Source of the DNA: Alphaproteobacteria bacterium
Lineage (GTDB): Bacteria > Pseudomonadota > Alphaproteobacteria > Micavibrionales > Micavibrionaceae
DNA length: 64,000 nt
Assembly (NCBI GenBank): GCA_018000295.1
Contig: JAGNKE010000004.1
Location: 60,016-124,015 of the forward strand
Direction of reading: 5' to 3'
Position numbers and translations under genes: made by a program. This document shows, in pieces, positions 53,689-63,945 of the stretch. Position 1 is the stretch's first letter. The number at the start of each line of letters is the position of its first letter. A model generated the notes under the pieces. It made no database searches and had not been told where the DNA came from. It saw only the letters and a list, made by a program, of their open reading frames with translations.

Positions 53689-53947
53689 AAAAATTCCTCT
53701 GGTACGGTATTTGAATTGGGTTCACGGATATTTCAGGGATCATAGGCAAAGTATCTGGCGCTTTGCAACGGTTTTTGAAAAATCGCCGACTTTCGCCCCT
53801 TAATTTTAGCGAAAAGAGAGTTAAAAACAGGTTTAAACCCCTTAAAGGAAGCCATTTATTTGTTTTCATCGCCTATAAAATGGTTTACGTTCGCGGGGTT
53901 TAAAGTAAGGCCAGATTTCAAAGAAACACAACAGAAGGACAGTTGTC

Positions 53948-55300
53948 ATGCGGATCGCAATGGTCGGAACGGGATATGTAGGTCTGGTCTCGGGAACCTG
54001 TTTCGCGGAGTTCGGTCATACGGTCGTCTGCGTCGATAAGGACGCCGGGAAGATCGAAACTCTCAAGCAGGGCAAAATTCCCATTTTTGAGCCGGGCCTG
54101 GAAGACCTTCTGGAGCGACAGATCGAATCCGGACGTATAGAATTTACCACCGACATCAAGGCCGCCGTGAAAGACGCGCAGGCCGTTTTTATCGCCGTGG
54201 GTACACCCTCACGCCGTTACGGCCGGGATGCGGACCTGTCCTATGTCTACGAGGCGGCCCGCGAGATTGCCCGCAACATCAAGGGCTACACCGTTGTCAT
54301 CAATAAATCGACCGTGCCGGTCGGAACCGGTGCCGAAGTCGAGCGCATCATCCGTGAAGAGCGTCCCGAGGCCGATTTCGACGTCGCCTCCAATCCCGAA
54401 TTCCTGCGCGAGGGAGCGGCCATAGAGGATTTCATGCGCCCCGACCGCGTGGTGGTTGGCGTGACGGGTCAAAAAGCGCAGGACGTGCTGCGCGAAATCT
54501 ACCGTCCCCTCAATCTCAACGAAACGCCCATCATGTTCACGGGCCGCGAAACCGCAGAAGTCATCAAATACGCGGCCAATGCCTTTCTGGCCACCAAGAT
54601 CACCTTCATCAACGAAGTCGCTGATCTCTGTGAAAAAGTCGGCGCGGACGTCCAACAGGTCGCCAAGGGCATCGGTCTGGATGGCCGGATCGGCGGCAAA
54701 TTCCTCCATGCCGGACCCGGCTACGGCGGCTCGTGCTTCCCCAAGGATACGCTGGCGCTGGCCCGTACCGGCCAGAAATTCAGTGCCCCCCAGCGCATTG
54801 TGGAAACGGTCGTGGCGGTGAACGAGGACCGCAAGGCCAGAATGGCCGACAAGGTGATGGACGTCTTCGGCGGCAACGTACGCGGCCGACGGATCGGCAT
54901 TCTCGGCGTCTCTTTCAAGCCCAATACAGATGATATGCGCGATGCCCCCTCCCTGACCATCATCCCCATCCTCCAGCAGGCAGGAGCGAATGTCGCGGCC
55001 TACGACCCCGAGGCGATGGACCATGCCAAGACGATGATTGAGGACGTCGAATGGTGCAAAAGCGCCTATGATGTAGCCAAGGATGCCGACGCGCTGGTGA
55101 TTATCACCGAATGGAACGAATTCCGCGCCCTCGACCTCAAGCGCATCGCAAGCACCATGAAATCCCCCTGCATCGTGGACCTCCGCAACATCTACAAAAT
55201 CCCGGAAATGCAGGAAAATCACTTCCATTATGTCTCGATTGGGCGTAAAGAAGTCTGCCCGGAAACGAATGTGGGCCTCAAAAAAGTCTCGAACGCCTAG
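53948..55300 (+). CDS. ugd: UDP-glucose 6-dehydrogenase
   Basis: 450 aa with the Rossmann motif VGTGYVGLVSG, the catalytic motif GGSCFPKD, and GVSFKPNTDDMR. Confidence 0.93.
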   Translation: MRIAMVGTGYVGLVSGTCFAEFGHTVVCVDKDAGKIETLKQGKIPIFEPGLEDLLERQIESGRIEFTTDIKAAVKDAQAVFIAVGTPSRRYGRDADLSYVYEAAREIARNIKGYTVVINKSTVPVGTGAEVERIIREERPEADFDVASNPEFLREGAAIEDFMRPDRVVVGVTGQKAQDVLREIYRPLNLNETPIMFTGRETAEVIKYAANAFLATKITFINEVADLCEKVGADVQQVAKGIGLDGRIGGKFLHAGPGYGGSCFPKDTLALARTGQKFSAPQRIVETVVAVNEDRKARMADKVMDVFGGNVRGRRIGILGVSFKPNTDDMRDAPSLTIIPILQQAGANVAAYDPEAMDHAKTMIEDVEWCKSAYDVAKDADALVIITEWNEFRALDLKRIASTMKSPCIVDLRNIYKIPEMQENHFHYVSIGRKEVCPETNVGLKKVSNA

Positions 55301-55331
55301 CGCTATGGCAGTAACTGGATAGGGATTGAAG

Positions 55332-56147
55332 ATGTATAAATACCTTGATGAACTCGAAGCCAAGAGCGTTTACATCATCCGCGAAGCCTATAACCGCGTG
55401 GACCCGCTCTGTATGCTCTGGTCCATCGGTAAGGACTCAACCGCGCTGCTCTGGCTGGTCCGTAAAGCTTTTCTTGGTCGTGTGCCTTTTCCCATGGTTC
55501 TGCTGGATACGGGCATGGAAATGCAGGAGGTTTACGATTTCCGCGACCGGATCATCAAGGAGTGGGAACTGAACTGCATCAACCATATGTGCCCGCCCGA
55601 GGAGGATATGGACCAGACCCTTCCTCCTGCCACGCGCTCCGCTATGCGGAAGACCGAAGGTTTGAAAACGCTTCTGCGTGAACATAATTTCAAGGGCGTG
55701 ATTGCGGGCATCCGTCGTGACGAGCAAGGGCTGCGGGCCAAGGAGCGCGTCTTTTCCCCGCGCACCATCGACGGCAACTGGGACTTCAAGGACCAGCCCC
55801 CCGAATTCTGGGACCAATACAAAACCGAATTCCCGGAAGGGGCGCATCTGCGGATTCACCCGATCCTGCACTGGACGGAACTCGATATCTGGCGCTATAC
55901 GCAGCGCGAAAACATTCCCTGTTGCGATCTCTACTTTGCCCGCAAGGACGCGAAGACAGGAAAAATGATGCGCTACCGTTCTCTGGGCGAGAAGAACATT
56001 ACCTTCCCTGTCGAAAGCGGCGCCCGCAACATACAGGAAATTCTTCATGAACTGGAGACGACAAACACTTCGGAGAGGGCGGGACGCTCTATGGACAAGG
56101 AAACCGAGGACAGTTTCGAGCGTCTGCGGGCGTCCGGCTATATGTGA
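55332..56147 (+). CDS. cysD: Sulfate adenylyltransferase subunit 2
   Basis: 271 aa from MYKYLDELEAKS with the PAPS-reductase-fold motif SIGKDSTALLWL. Confidence 0.92.
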   Translation: MYKYLDELEAKSVYIIREAYNRVDPLCMLWSIGKDSTALLWLVRKAFLGRVPFPMVLLDTGMEMQEVYDFRDRIIKEWELNCINHMCPPEEDMDQTLPPATRSAMRKTEGLKTLLREHNFKGVIAGIRRDEQGLRAKERVFSPRTIDGNWDFKDQPPEFWDQYKTEFPEGAHLRIHPILHWTELDIWRYTQRENIPCCDLYFARKDAKTGKMMRYRSLGEKNITFPVESGARNIQEILHELETTNTSERAGRSMDKETEDSFERLRASGYM

Positions 56148-56177
56148 TAAAGCTATTACGCAGGTTGAAAAAAGAGA

Positions 56178-58148
56178 ATGAGCGCAGAACCAGCAATCAA
56201 GATCGTAAAAAGTGACAAGGTGAAGCGGAAGCAAAGCACGCATCAGCAGCTCCGCGTGGTCATCGTGGGCCACGTCGATCATGGAAAATCCACCCTGATC
56301 GGGCGTCTGCTCTATGACACGAACTCGCTCCCCGAAGGTAAGGCCGAGGAAATCGAAGCCATCTGCAAACGGCGCGGAACGGACGTTGTCGAATGGTCCT
56401 TCGTGCTGGATGCCTTTCAGGCCGAGCGCGATCAGGCCATTACCATCGACTCGACGCAAATTTGGTTTTCCACCGACCACCGCGATTACGTGATTATCGA
56501 CGCGCCAGGGCACCGCGAATTTCTGAAGAATATGATTTCCGGCGCCGCAGCCGCCGATGCCGCCATCCTCGTCGTTGACGGGTCGGAAGGCGTACAGGAG
56601 CAGACCCGCCGCCACGCCTATTTGCTTCACCTTCTGGGCCTGCAGCAAATCGCGGTCGTCGTCAACAAGATGGATATGGTCAAGCATGACCCCGAGGCGT
56701 TCGAGAATGTCTCCCGCGAAGTGCGTGATTACCTGCATTCCATCGGCGTCACCCCACGCTTTATCATCCCCATCTCCGCCCGCCACGGCGACATGATCGC
56801 CGGACGCGGCGATTCGATGGACTGGTATTCCGGCAAGACTCTGATCGAAGTTCTGGACAGTTTCGAGAACGCCACGCTGCCCGTCTCGCGCCCGCTGCGT
56901 TTCCCGGTGCAGGACGTCTACCGTTTTCAGGAAAAGCGGATCATTGTGGGCCGCGTTGAAAGCGGCATTCTCCGCAAGGGCGACCGTCTGATGTTCTCCC
57001 CCGGCAACGAGGAAGCGACCGTGACCTCCATCGAAGTCTGGCCCGAGGATAAGGACAAGGTCGAGGCCCGCCCCGGCGAGGCGATAGGCATCACACTGGA
57101 CCAGCGTCTGTTCGTCGAGCGCGGTCACATCGGCTCGCACACCAAGAACCCGCCGATGCTCTCCAACGTGTTCAGATCGAGCATCTTCTGGCTCTCGCAA
57201 AAGGCGCTGAGGGTCGGTAATTCATATAAAATCCGTTATGGCTCGCACGAAGCCATGGTGACGGTTCAGTCCATCGATAAGGTGATCGATACACAAGACT
57301 TGGCGGATCAAGCCGACAAGAGCGAGGTCAAGCGCAACACGGTAGCGGAAATCACCCTGCGCGCCCGTGATCTGCTGCCCATCGACCCTTACGTGGACAA
57401 TGAGCGTTTGGGCCGGATTGTCATATACGAAGGCTACGACATCGCGGGCGGCGGTGTGATCAGTATGGAAGGCTATGCCGACCAGCGCCGCAGACGCGCC
57501 CCCAAATCCGAAAACATCCATAAGGTCGAACACCTGCTCAACCACGATGTTCGCGCAAAACGCGCTGGGCACAGGGGCGGTGTCTTCTGGTTCACCGGAC
57601 TCTCCGGCTCAGGAAAATCCACCCTCGCCATGGCGGTTGAAAAAGCGCTCTTCGAAAAAGGCCACGCGACCTACGTTCTGGACGGCGATAATATCCGCCA
57701 CGGTCTGAACCGCGATCTGGGCTTCTCTCCGAAAGACCGCTCGGAAAACATCCGCCGGATCGGTCATGTCGCTGCACTGATGGCCGATGCCGGGGTCGTC
57801 GTGATTTCGGCCTTTATATCGCCCTACCGCGCCGACCGCGAACGCGCCCGCAGCGCCGCGCAGGATCGCTTCAATGAAATTTACATTTCCGCTGACATTG
57901 ATACGTGCGAAAAGCGCGATCCGAAGGGACTCTACAAAAAGGCACGGGCAGGGGAGATCAAGGATTTCACCGGAATCGATTCGCCCTACGAAAAACCTGA
58001 AAATCCTGAGTTGATCGTGGACAGCGCCCGTCAGGACGTCGAAACCTGCGTCGAGCAAATCGTGGCCTATATTGAACGCCAGATTGCTCTAGGTGACCTC
58101 GCCGGGGACGGCAAGGGCAGGGAACAGGTTCTCGACTATGTCGTCTAA
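56178..58148 (+). CDS. cysNC: Bifunctional sulfate adenylyltransferase subunit 1 / adenylylsulfate kinase
   Basis: 656 aa. The GTPase domain has [15 protein letters not shown] and NKMD. The C-terminal APS kinase has the P-loop [11 protein letters not shown]. Confidence 0.93.
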   Translation: MSAEPAIKIVKSDKVKRKQSTHQQLRVVIVGHVDHGKSTLIGRLLYDTNSLPEGKAEEIEAICKRRGTDVVEWSFVLDAFQAERDQAITIDSTQIWFSTDHRDYVIIDAPGHREFLKNMISGAAAADAAILVVDGSEGVQEQTRRHAYLLHLLGLQQIAVVVNKMDMVKHDPEAFENVSREVRDYLHSIGVTPRFIIPISARHGDMIAGRGDSMDWYSGKTLIEVLDSFENATLPVSRPLRFPVQDVYRFQEKRIIVGRVESGILRKGDRLMFSPGNEEATVTSIEVWPEDKDKVEARPGEAIGITLDQRLFVERGHIGSHTKNPPMLSNVFRSSIFWLSQKALRVGNSYKIRYGSHEAMVTVQSIDKVIDTQDLADQADKSEVKRNTVAEITLRARDLLPIDPYVDNERLGRIVIYEGYDIAGGGVISMEGYADQRRRRAPKSENIHKVEHLLNHDVRAKRAGHRGGVFWFTGLSGSGKSTLAMAVEKALFEKGHATYVLDGDNIRHGLNRDLGFSPKDRSENIRRIGHVAALMADAGVVVISAFISPYRADRERARSAAQDRFNEIYISADIDTCEKRDPKGLYKKARAGEIKDFTGIDSPYEKPENPELIVDSARQDVETCVEQIVAYIERQIALGDLAGDGKGREQVLDYVV

Positions 58149-58962
58149 GCTCCTCCTCCACCGCGCCGCGCTCTGCAACAGGGTGCGGAGAATCGCGTTG
58201 GAAGCGGGTCAGATCACTCTCGATTACTTTGATGAAGCCGGATACCAGGGCGCAGACGCAAAGGCGGACGGCTCGCCCGTCACCTTGGCCGATCAGGAAG
58301 CCGAAAAACTCATCCAGCAGAAACTCGACGAAATGTTGCCCGGCATCCCGATGATCGGAGAAGAGGCCAGCGCCGCCGGACACAAACCCGAACTTGCAGG
58401 GCAGGAGTATTTCTGGCTGGTTGATCCGCTCGACGGCACCAAGGAATTTATCTCCGGCAAGGGCGATTACACGGTCAATATTGCTCTTATTCACAAAGGT
58501 GAGCCGATTCTCGGCGTCGTCTATGCCCCCGCCATCGGGGAACTTTACGCGGGCTATACGGAGGAGAACGGAACACGTAAGGCGCTCCGCTGGCTGGAAG
58601 ACACCGAATCGGAAAAAGACATTCATGTCCGCAAGCCCCCGAAAGAGGGTCTGACCGTCGTCGCCAGCAAAAGCCACGGCAGCGCCCAGCGCCTTGACCA
58701 GTACCTCAGCGAACATAAGATCGAAAAGCTGCTGAAGCGCGGCAGTTCCCTGAAAATATGCGTAATCGCCGCCGGTAAGGCCGATCTTTACCCCCGCTTC
58801 GGCCCGACGTGCGAATGGGATACCGCCGCCGGGGACGCAGTTTTGCGCGCCGCCGGAGGGATTATAAAGGATTTTCAAGGAAAGCCGCTGGTTTACGGGG
58901 GGGCGAATCCGCAATTCCTTAACCCTGAATTCGTGGCCGCTCCGATGGGGTTTTTTGAGTAA
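58138..58962 (+). CDS. cysQ: 3'(2'),5'-bisphosphate nucleotidase
   Basis: 274 aa from MSSKLL. The start overlaps the cysNC stop by 11 nt. The inositol-monophosphatase family motifs are [12 protein letters not shown] and WDTAAG. Confidence 0.85.
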   Translation: MSSKLLLHRAALCNRVRRIALEAGQITLDYFDEAGYQGADAKADGSPVTLADQEAEKLIQQKLDEMLPGIPMIGEEASAAGHKPELAGQEYFWLVDPLDGTKEFISGKGDYTVNIALIHKGEPILGVVYAPAIGELYAGYTEENGTRKALRWLEDTESEKDIHVRKPPKEGLTVVASKSHGSAQRLDQYLSEHKIEKLLKRGSSLKICVIAAGKADLYPRFGPTCEWDTAAGDAVLRAAGGIIKDFQGKPLVYGGANPQFLNPEFVAAPMGFFE

Positions 58963-59100
58963 AGCCCCCTTCTTTTCGCTTTTTCGCAGTTTTTTTTTGT
59001 TTCCGGACCCCTTACCCTGCTAAAATGACACTCTGTCAATCGGCGGGTTTTGATTGTATCATGCACGGACCCGGTGGCTTATGTAAGGATTCTGACGGCG

Positions 59101-59769
59101 ATGCGGACACTCATCATTTTTTCGTTCCTGATTTCTGGCTTGCTTTTTTCAATGATTCCGGCCCCGGCCTTCGCACAGGGCGTTGATGAATTCGAGGAGA
59201 TCGACGTGGAGGGGGCGGCCTTCCCGGACACCAAGCGCGGCTGTGCCAAACGCGCCTCCTTCAAGGTGGCGATGGCCGATCTGTATAAAAAGGGCGAAGA
59301 CCCCAAGGATCTGACCGAAATGAAAATCATCAAACCGATCGTCCAGAAGGTCTATGATGAAGTCGGCACCAAAGGACTGACACAGTTTTACGTAGACACC
59401 CTCGAAGAGTATGAGGAATGCGGCAAGAACGCCAAGGCGGAGAGAAACTCGGAACGGGAAGCCCAGCAGGTTGTGGTTTACGAATCCTGCAGCGGTATCA
59501 ACGAAGTGACCCTCGAAGCGCTTGAAGCAGCGAAAGCGGGACGCTCAAAGGATTCCCTGATCTCCCGCGCCGAAAACAAAAGGCTCAACGTCAAGGGCAC
59601 GACCCTCGAAAAGGTCGAGGCTCCGGCTGTCTATCTGGTTGAACAGATTTTCACCAAGGCCGAAACCTCCTATGACGATGCCGTCGATTTCGCGGTCAAG
59701 ATCGGCATGACCTGCCTGAACAGCCGCGACCGCGACCCGCCGGTCAAGAAGGACATGACCAAGCCGTAG
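59101..59769 (+). CDS. Hypothetical secreted protein (222 aa)
   Basis: The signal peptide is MRTLIIFSFLISGLLFSMIPAPAFA. The protein has 4 Cys and is rich in charged residues. I recognise no family. Confidence 0.5.
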   Translation: MRTLIIFSFLISGLLFSMIPAPAFAQGVDEFEEIDVEGAAFPDTKRGCAKRASFKVAMADLYKKGEDPKDLTEMKIIKPIVQKVYDEVGTKGLTQFYVDTLEEYEECGKNAKAERNSEREAQQVVVYESCSGINEVTLEALEAAKAGRSKDSLISRAENKRLNVKGTTLEKVEAPAVYLVEQIFTKAETSYDDAVDFAVKIGMTCLNSRDRDPPVKKDMTKP

Positions 59770-59946
59770 AACTTTTGACGGTCTTTTCGGTCCTCTTTTA
59801 TATTCAAAAAACACTATAAAAACCGCGCCCTCGGCTTTTGCGGGCAGGTGCGCAACGATATTTGCATTATCATTTTAATTGGGGTATAAAAGAAGCACAG
59901 AAAAATTCTGTTAAATTATAAAACATTCATAAATAAAGGGAAGATC

Positions 59947-60705
59947 ATGTCTAAGAAAGATAAAGCGAGTGATGCGGTGGCCTTGGCTTTGGCCGGAGTA
60001 TTAACGGTAACCTCTGTTCCGGCGGGTTCAACGGCGAATTCAATGCCCGACACCCTCAACCATCCGGCGCCCATCACCGAAATGGCCTCGATCAACCGCA
60101 GCCCGACGATGACATTGCCTCCGGGCGTTGAGCTTCCCGCCGATAGCATCAACCCCGGCCAATCCACCCAACCCGCACAGGCGCAGCCGATCAGGTATTT
60201 GGATGTCACAAAAGACACGCAGCAAGGCTGGGCGTTGGCTCAAACAACTGCTGCTTCAGCCTCCAGAAACAACAGGGTTGTCATCATATCCTATCTCGAC
60301 CCCCCGACGACCAGAGCCTTGTATGATGCGGCGGTTCCCTTTACCCAGCCGCCGACCAACCTGCCGGTTGTCGGCTTGATCCGGTCTCCCTCGGCCCCTC
60401 CAAGTGTATCGGTCACACCCAATCCTCTGGGCTTCGATGTTTTTTTTAATGGATCTGTTATACCGCCTATGGAAAAGCCAGACCCGAGGTTTACACGGAC
60501 GGATCAGCTAAGCGCCTTTATGCGCGGAATCCACAGAAACCATTTCGCCGCCGCAACAGCGTCTGTTAGTCCCGATACGCGCTTGGCCGTTAACATGGCC
60601 ACAGGCGGTAAATCCTCTGGCGGAAGCGGTTCGGCTACGGGCAGCGGCTCGGCGGGTGGCAAATCGGGCGATCTCGCCGCCGTGAACTTCAACCCGGATT
60701 TCTAG
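59947..60705 (+). CDS. Hypothetical Pro/Ser/Thr-rich exported protein with a Gly/Ser-rich C-terminus (252 aa)
   Basis: It has an N-terminal hydrophobic segment ALALAGVLTVTSVPAG, a Pro-rich body, and the C-terminal GGKSSGGSGSATGSGSAGGKSG. The RBS is AAAGGGAAG. Confidence 0.5.
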   Translation: MSKKDKASDAVALALAGVLTVTSVPAGSTANSMPDTLNHPAPITEMASINRSPTMTLPPGVELPADSINPGQSTQPAQAQPIRYLDVTKDTQQGWALAQTTAASASRNNRVVIISYLDPPTTRALYDAAVPFTQPPTNLPVVGLIRSPSAPPSVSVTPNPLGFDVFFNGSVIPPMEKPDPRFTRTDQLSAFMRGIHRNHFAAATASVSPDTRLAVNMATGGKSSGGSGSATGSGSAGGKSGDLAAVNFNPDF

Positions 60706-60724
60706 TAAAAGACAGCCTAAACAC

Positions 60725-60750
60725 AAAACGCCCGTCAAGACGGGCGTTTT
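60725..60750. terminator. Bidirectional intrinsic terminator between convergent orphan genes
   Basis: The stem AAAACGCCCG / CGGGCGTTTT (10 bp) has a TCAAGA loop. The A-run and T-run make it functional in both directions. Confidence 0.8.
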
Positions 60751-60775
60751 CTCGTGGCGGGGTCGGGAGAAAAAA

Positions 60776-62158
60776 CTAGACCTTCATTCCTCCGGCGCCG
60801 GACGTGCCCGTGCTGTAGGAAGCGATGCGGTCCTTCTCGACCGCGGTCGCGGCAAGGGTAGAATCGGCGCTGGCCACAGCGGCCGCCGGGATTTCTCCGT
60901 TCGTGGCGCGGGCGAAGGTGGCGGAAATCGGCTTGATCCCGCTGGCCGTATCGTCCATCCCTAACTCGGCGGCAAACGATCCCGTCGCACGCGGCGTGGA
61001 AGGGACATTGGCCCCGGTCAGGACGCCCGATGGGATCAAATCGATCAGCTTCATGTCAGGGACAGGGATTTGCAGACCCGGCGGCAACAACGCATTCACA
61101 GGGGCCAATAACTCCCGCGTTGTTTCAGGAAGCTGCGCGGTGCGGGGCGGCGGCGCAGCAGAAGGCAATTCAGTATCGAAACCAAGAGCGGCAACATTCC
61201 CAAAAGCATCGTCAGGACTAGAAGAAGTAACCGCAACGGCCTTATCACTCGACAAAAGACCAGTCTGAGTCAAGGCAGTCGCCTGCTCGTTCCGCGAAAG
61301 CCCATCCTGATTATTCAAAACAACAGCATTAACATCCCGGAAACCCATATCTGAGGATGCACGGCTCTTGATTTCAGCAACTGCTGCCGGATCGCCCGCG
61401 CTGGCACCCTTAATCTGATTTCGCAGTTCGGGATTACTCTTCAGTAACGCATCACGATCTCTTTGAGCGCGGATTAACTGATCGATATACTGATCTCTCT
61501 GCCGCTGCACATCGCGCATCCTCAGCCTGTTTTCCTGCTCATCGCGCTGCCATTTTTCCTGATCGAAGCTTCCATCGGCCTTGAAATAGGCATTGGGATC
61601 AAGTCCGGCCTCTTGAATCGCCTGACGTAACTGCTCTCTTTTCGCATAGGCGTTAAGCGTGTTGTCGTTAATATCGGCATCGTTGCCAAGATCGAAAGCC
61701 TTGTCGAACGCATTGATTTTCTTGTCGAGTTCACCGATCTTTTTTTCGAGTTCCGCAATCCGCGCATCCAACTCCGCCAGCCGCCGCGCCGCCTCATACT
61801 GCTCAAGCATGAGATGCAGCAGATCGTCGGCCTCGCGTTCGCGCTTCTTAGCCTCGTCGAGATCGTCTGAGCGAACCGGACCAACTACAGCATAGCCGGC
61901 CTTGTTGACCGAGCCGGAACCACCATCCATGCTCTGGTCTATACCGTAATCCAACAGAAATCTGCCGAGCTTCGACGGAGGAGACCCGAAATCATGACCC
62001 GGATCGTCGCCATCCAGCCCGTCCATGCGGTACTGTGTATCGTTCGCGCTTTCGGCGTCTGCTGTCTGTTCGGCGGCAGGATTTGTGGCGTCGTGTTCTT
62101 CGTCAAGAACGAGCTTGTTGGCTACGCTAGCACCCACGTCAGTCACTTTAAAACCCAC
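60776..62158 (-). CDS. Hypothetical coiled-coil protein (460 aa)
   Basis: It has an acidic N-terminus, a central heptad-rich region of about 170 aa (ARRLAELDARIAELEKKIGELDKKINAFDKAF ... RDQYIDQLIRAQRDRDALL), and a Pro/Ala/Ser-rich C-terminal half. The start is uncertain: it is a GTG in the track with no clear RBS. Confidence 0.5.
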   Translation of the reverse strand: MGFKVTDVGASVANKLVLDEEHDATNPAAEQTADAESANDTQYRMDGLDGDDPGHDFGSPPSKLGRFLLDYGIDQSMDGGSGSVNKAGYAVVGPVRSDDLDEAKKREREADDLLHLMLEQYEAARRLAELDARIAELEKKIGELDKKINAFDKAFDLGNDADINDNTLNAYAKREQLRQAIQEAGLDPNAYFKADGSFDQEKWQRDEQENRLRMRDVQRQRDQYIDQLIRAQRDRDALLKSNPELRNQIKGASAGDPAAVAEIKSRASSDMGFRDVNAVVLNNQDGLSRNEQATALTQTGLLSSDKAVAVTSSSPDDAFGNVAALGFDTELPSAAPPPRTAQLPETTRELLAPVNALLPPGLQIPVPDMKLIDLIPSGVLTGANVPSTPRATGSFAAELGMDDTASGIKPISATFARATNGEIPAAAVASADSTLAATAVEKDRIASYSTGTSGAGGMKV

Positions 62159-62556
62159 ACACGTTAGTAAAGACTATACTAACGGAGAGGGTATCTCCTA
62201 AAAGTTAATATTATGTAAATACTATAACCTTTTATTCCAATTACATTTTGAGATCCGAAGACTGTCGCCTGTATAAAATCCGTGGCCGAGACGGTAGGCT
62301 AAGGTATCCCCCCTGTAACACTATGTTCCGTATGGTTTTTTCAAACTCTTATGCACGGAATAGAAAAAAACTACGCCTTTTTTTTGTGATTTGCAAACAA
62401 ATTTAGATTTTTTTTTCAAAACCGGAACTAATATTCAATCCCTTGAATATAAAGGAGTTTTTCGCGAGAAAAAGAGGGGGAGTAACCCTATGATATTTCA
62501 TAATTAATTACCATAATGATCAATTAATAGACGATCATACAAAAATAATTCGTATA
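62159..62556. other. AT-rich 400-bp intergenic tract upstream of the coiled-coil gene
   Basis: It contains long A/T homopolymer runs (AAAAAAACTACGCCTTTTTTTTGTGATTTGCAAACAAATTTAGATTTTTTTTTC) and ends with ...CATAATTAATTACCATAATGATCAATTAATAG. Confidence 0.8.
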
Positions 62557-63792
62557 TTAACTTTGCCTAATATTAAGCTCTTCCGGGGAAGGGTTTAAAG
62601 TCGCTCGGACCAGATGATAAAGGGCAAGGACATAGATCATAACGCCGATCCAGTGGCTCTGCCATAACCCATAGGAAATCGCGGCAACAAGCAGGACCAG
62701 CAGGAACAGGGTCAGGCCGCAGCGGGCGCTTTCCGAGCCTTCCCGGCGCAAGGCCTCGAGAATCGTGCCCAGAAGGGCGCAACCCCACACCGCGCCGGCA
62801 AACCCGAAATCCACCCAGAGCTGCAGCGCGAAATTATGCGGGTGCAGCACACTGTCCTCACGGTGATAAAGCCGCGCATGATCGAACGACTCAACATACC
62901 GGGTCGCATCCATCCCGTGCCCGGCCAAAGGGTTTTGCAGCGCATAGCGGCTGGTAAAATCCCAGATCTCCATCCGTGCCCCCGCATAACCGCTCTTCAG
63001 CCACGGCAGAGTTTGGGCATCGGCGGCCAGCGTGGCGAACATCCATTGCGCCAGCCACGGAGCGGTCAGAAGCAAAAGGCATAGGAACGCCGCCAGTACC
63101 CTATGCCCTGGCCGCCATCCCGCCGGATACAGGAAATAAACCCCGAATCCGAAAACAAAGGCCAGTTGCGCCACCTGCGCCTGTGAGAGAGCCAGCATCA
63201 GAACAATCGCGCCGAACAGGGTCGAACCGAGAAAAAGACGCATCTGCGGCGGCGCATCCCAGACCCGGATCAGGCTAAGCGCGGCAAACGCGCATAACAC
63301 GATATTGACCGCCCCGCGGTTCAGGACGGCGGTGCTGATGGTCCGCGCTGGATCAGTGTCGTGAAAAACCTGATAGAGCGGCATCCTGAACGAAAGCTCC
63401 GCCGCTCCTATAAGAGCGGCCAGCGTCAGCAGGGCGGGAAAGACCCATGCGTTGTTTTTGAGGCTTTGCGGATCAAGGGTCCGGCAGACGGCTATCAGAA
63501 AAACGCCGCTGAAAATGAGCGCTCCCGTCGTAACCGCCTTCCAGATAACCTCCTCAGGATGGCCGGAAGAAAAGGCGCTCAAACCGCACAGCAAACTGAT
63601 GCCCAAAGCGATCAGAAGATAGAATCGGCTGAGGGGCAGGGGCTGTTGACGCACAACAACTAGAAAGATATACGCCCCCAGCCCCAGTGCCGAAGGCAAA
63701 AACGTCATAAACCGTGGCAGCACAACCGAGATCAGCGGCAGACAAGAAAAAGCCAGAAGAAAATAAAAGGTGAAATCGCGCCGGACAGTCAT
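62557..63792 (-). CDS. O-antigen ligase / Wzy_C-family polytopic membrane protein
   Basis: 411 aa with about 10-12 TM segments. A periplasmic loop carries RYALQNPLAGHG....Y.........HPHNFALQLWVDFGFAG, typical of O-antigen ligase-like proteins. Confidence 0.65.
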   Translation of the reverse strand: MTVRRDFTFYFLLAFSCLPLISVVLPRFMTFLPSALGLGAYIFLVVVRQQPLPLSRFYLLIALGISLLCGLSAFSSGHPEEVIWKAVTTGALIFSGVFLIAVCRTLDPQSLKNNAWVFPALLTLAALIGAAELSFRMPLYQVFHDTDPARTISTAVLNRGAVNIVLCAFAALSLIRVWDAPPQMRLFLGSTLFGAIVLMLALSQAQVAQLAFVFGFGVYFLYPAGWRPGHRVLAAFLCLLLLTAPWLAQWMFATLAADAQTLPWLKSGYAGARMEIWDFTSRYALQNPLAGHGMDATRYVESFDHARLYHREDSVLHPHNFALQLWVDFGFAGAVWGCALLGTILEALRREGSESARCGLTLFLLVLLVAAISYGLWQSHWIGVMIYVLALYHLVRATLNPSPEELNIRQS

Positions 63793-63945
63793 AATTATAA
63801 GTCCTGAAAATTAAAGCCTGCATTCTCTCACCCGACCGCAAAAAAACAACCCTCGGCCCGCAATAAATTTTCCAAGTTTTTGCCTGTACAAGGCGTCCTA
63901 TTGTTATAGGATGGGGAAAATGTTCCCTATCATGGTTAAAAATGA

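Noticed and set aside
53756-53767. TGGCGCTTTGCA in the SapC-ugd intergenic region, as a possible sigma-54 promoter.
   Set aside because: The GG and GC dinucleotides are only 8 nt apart, whereas the -24/-12 consensus needs about 12 nt. The spacing is incompatible.
54209-57200. Long minus-strand ORFs (384 aa and 587 aa) antisense to ugd, cysD and cysNC.
   Set aside because: The + strand genes carry unmistakable catalytic motifs. The antisense frames are compositional artefacts.
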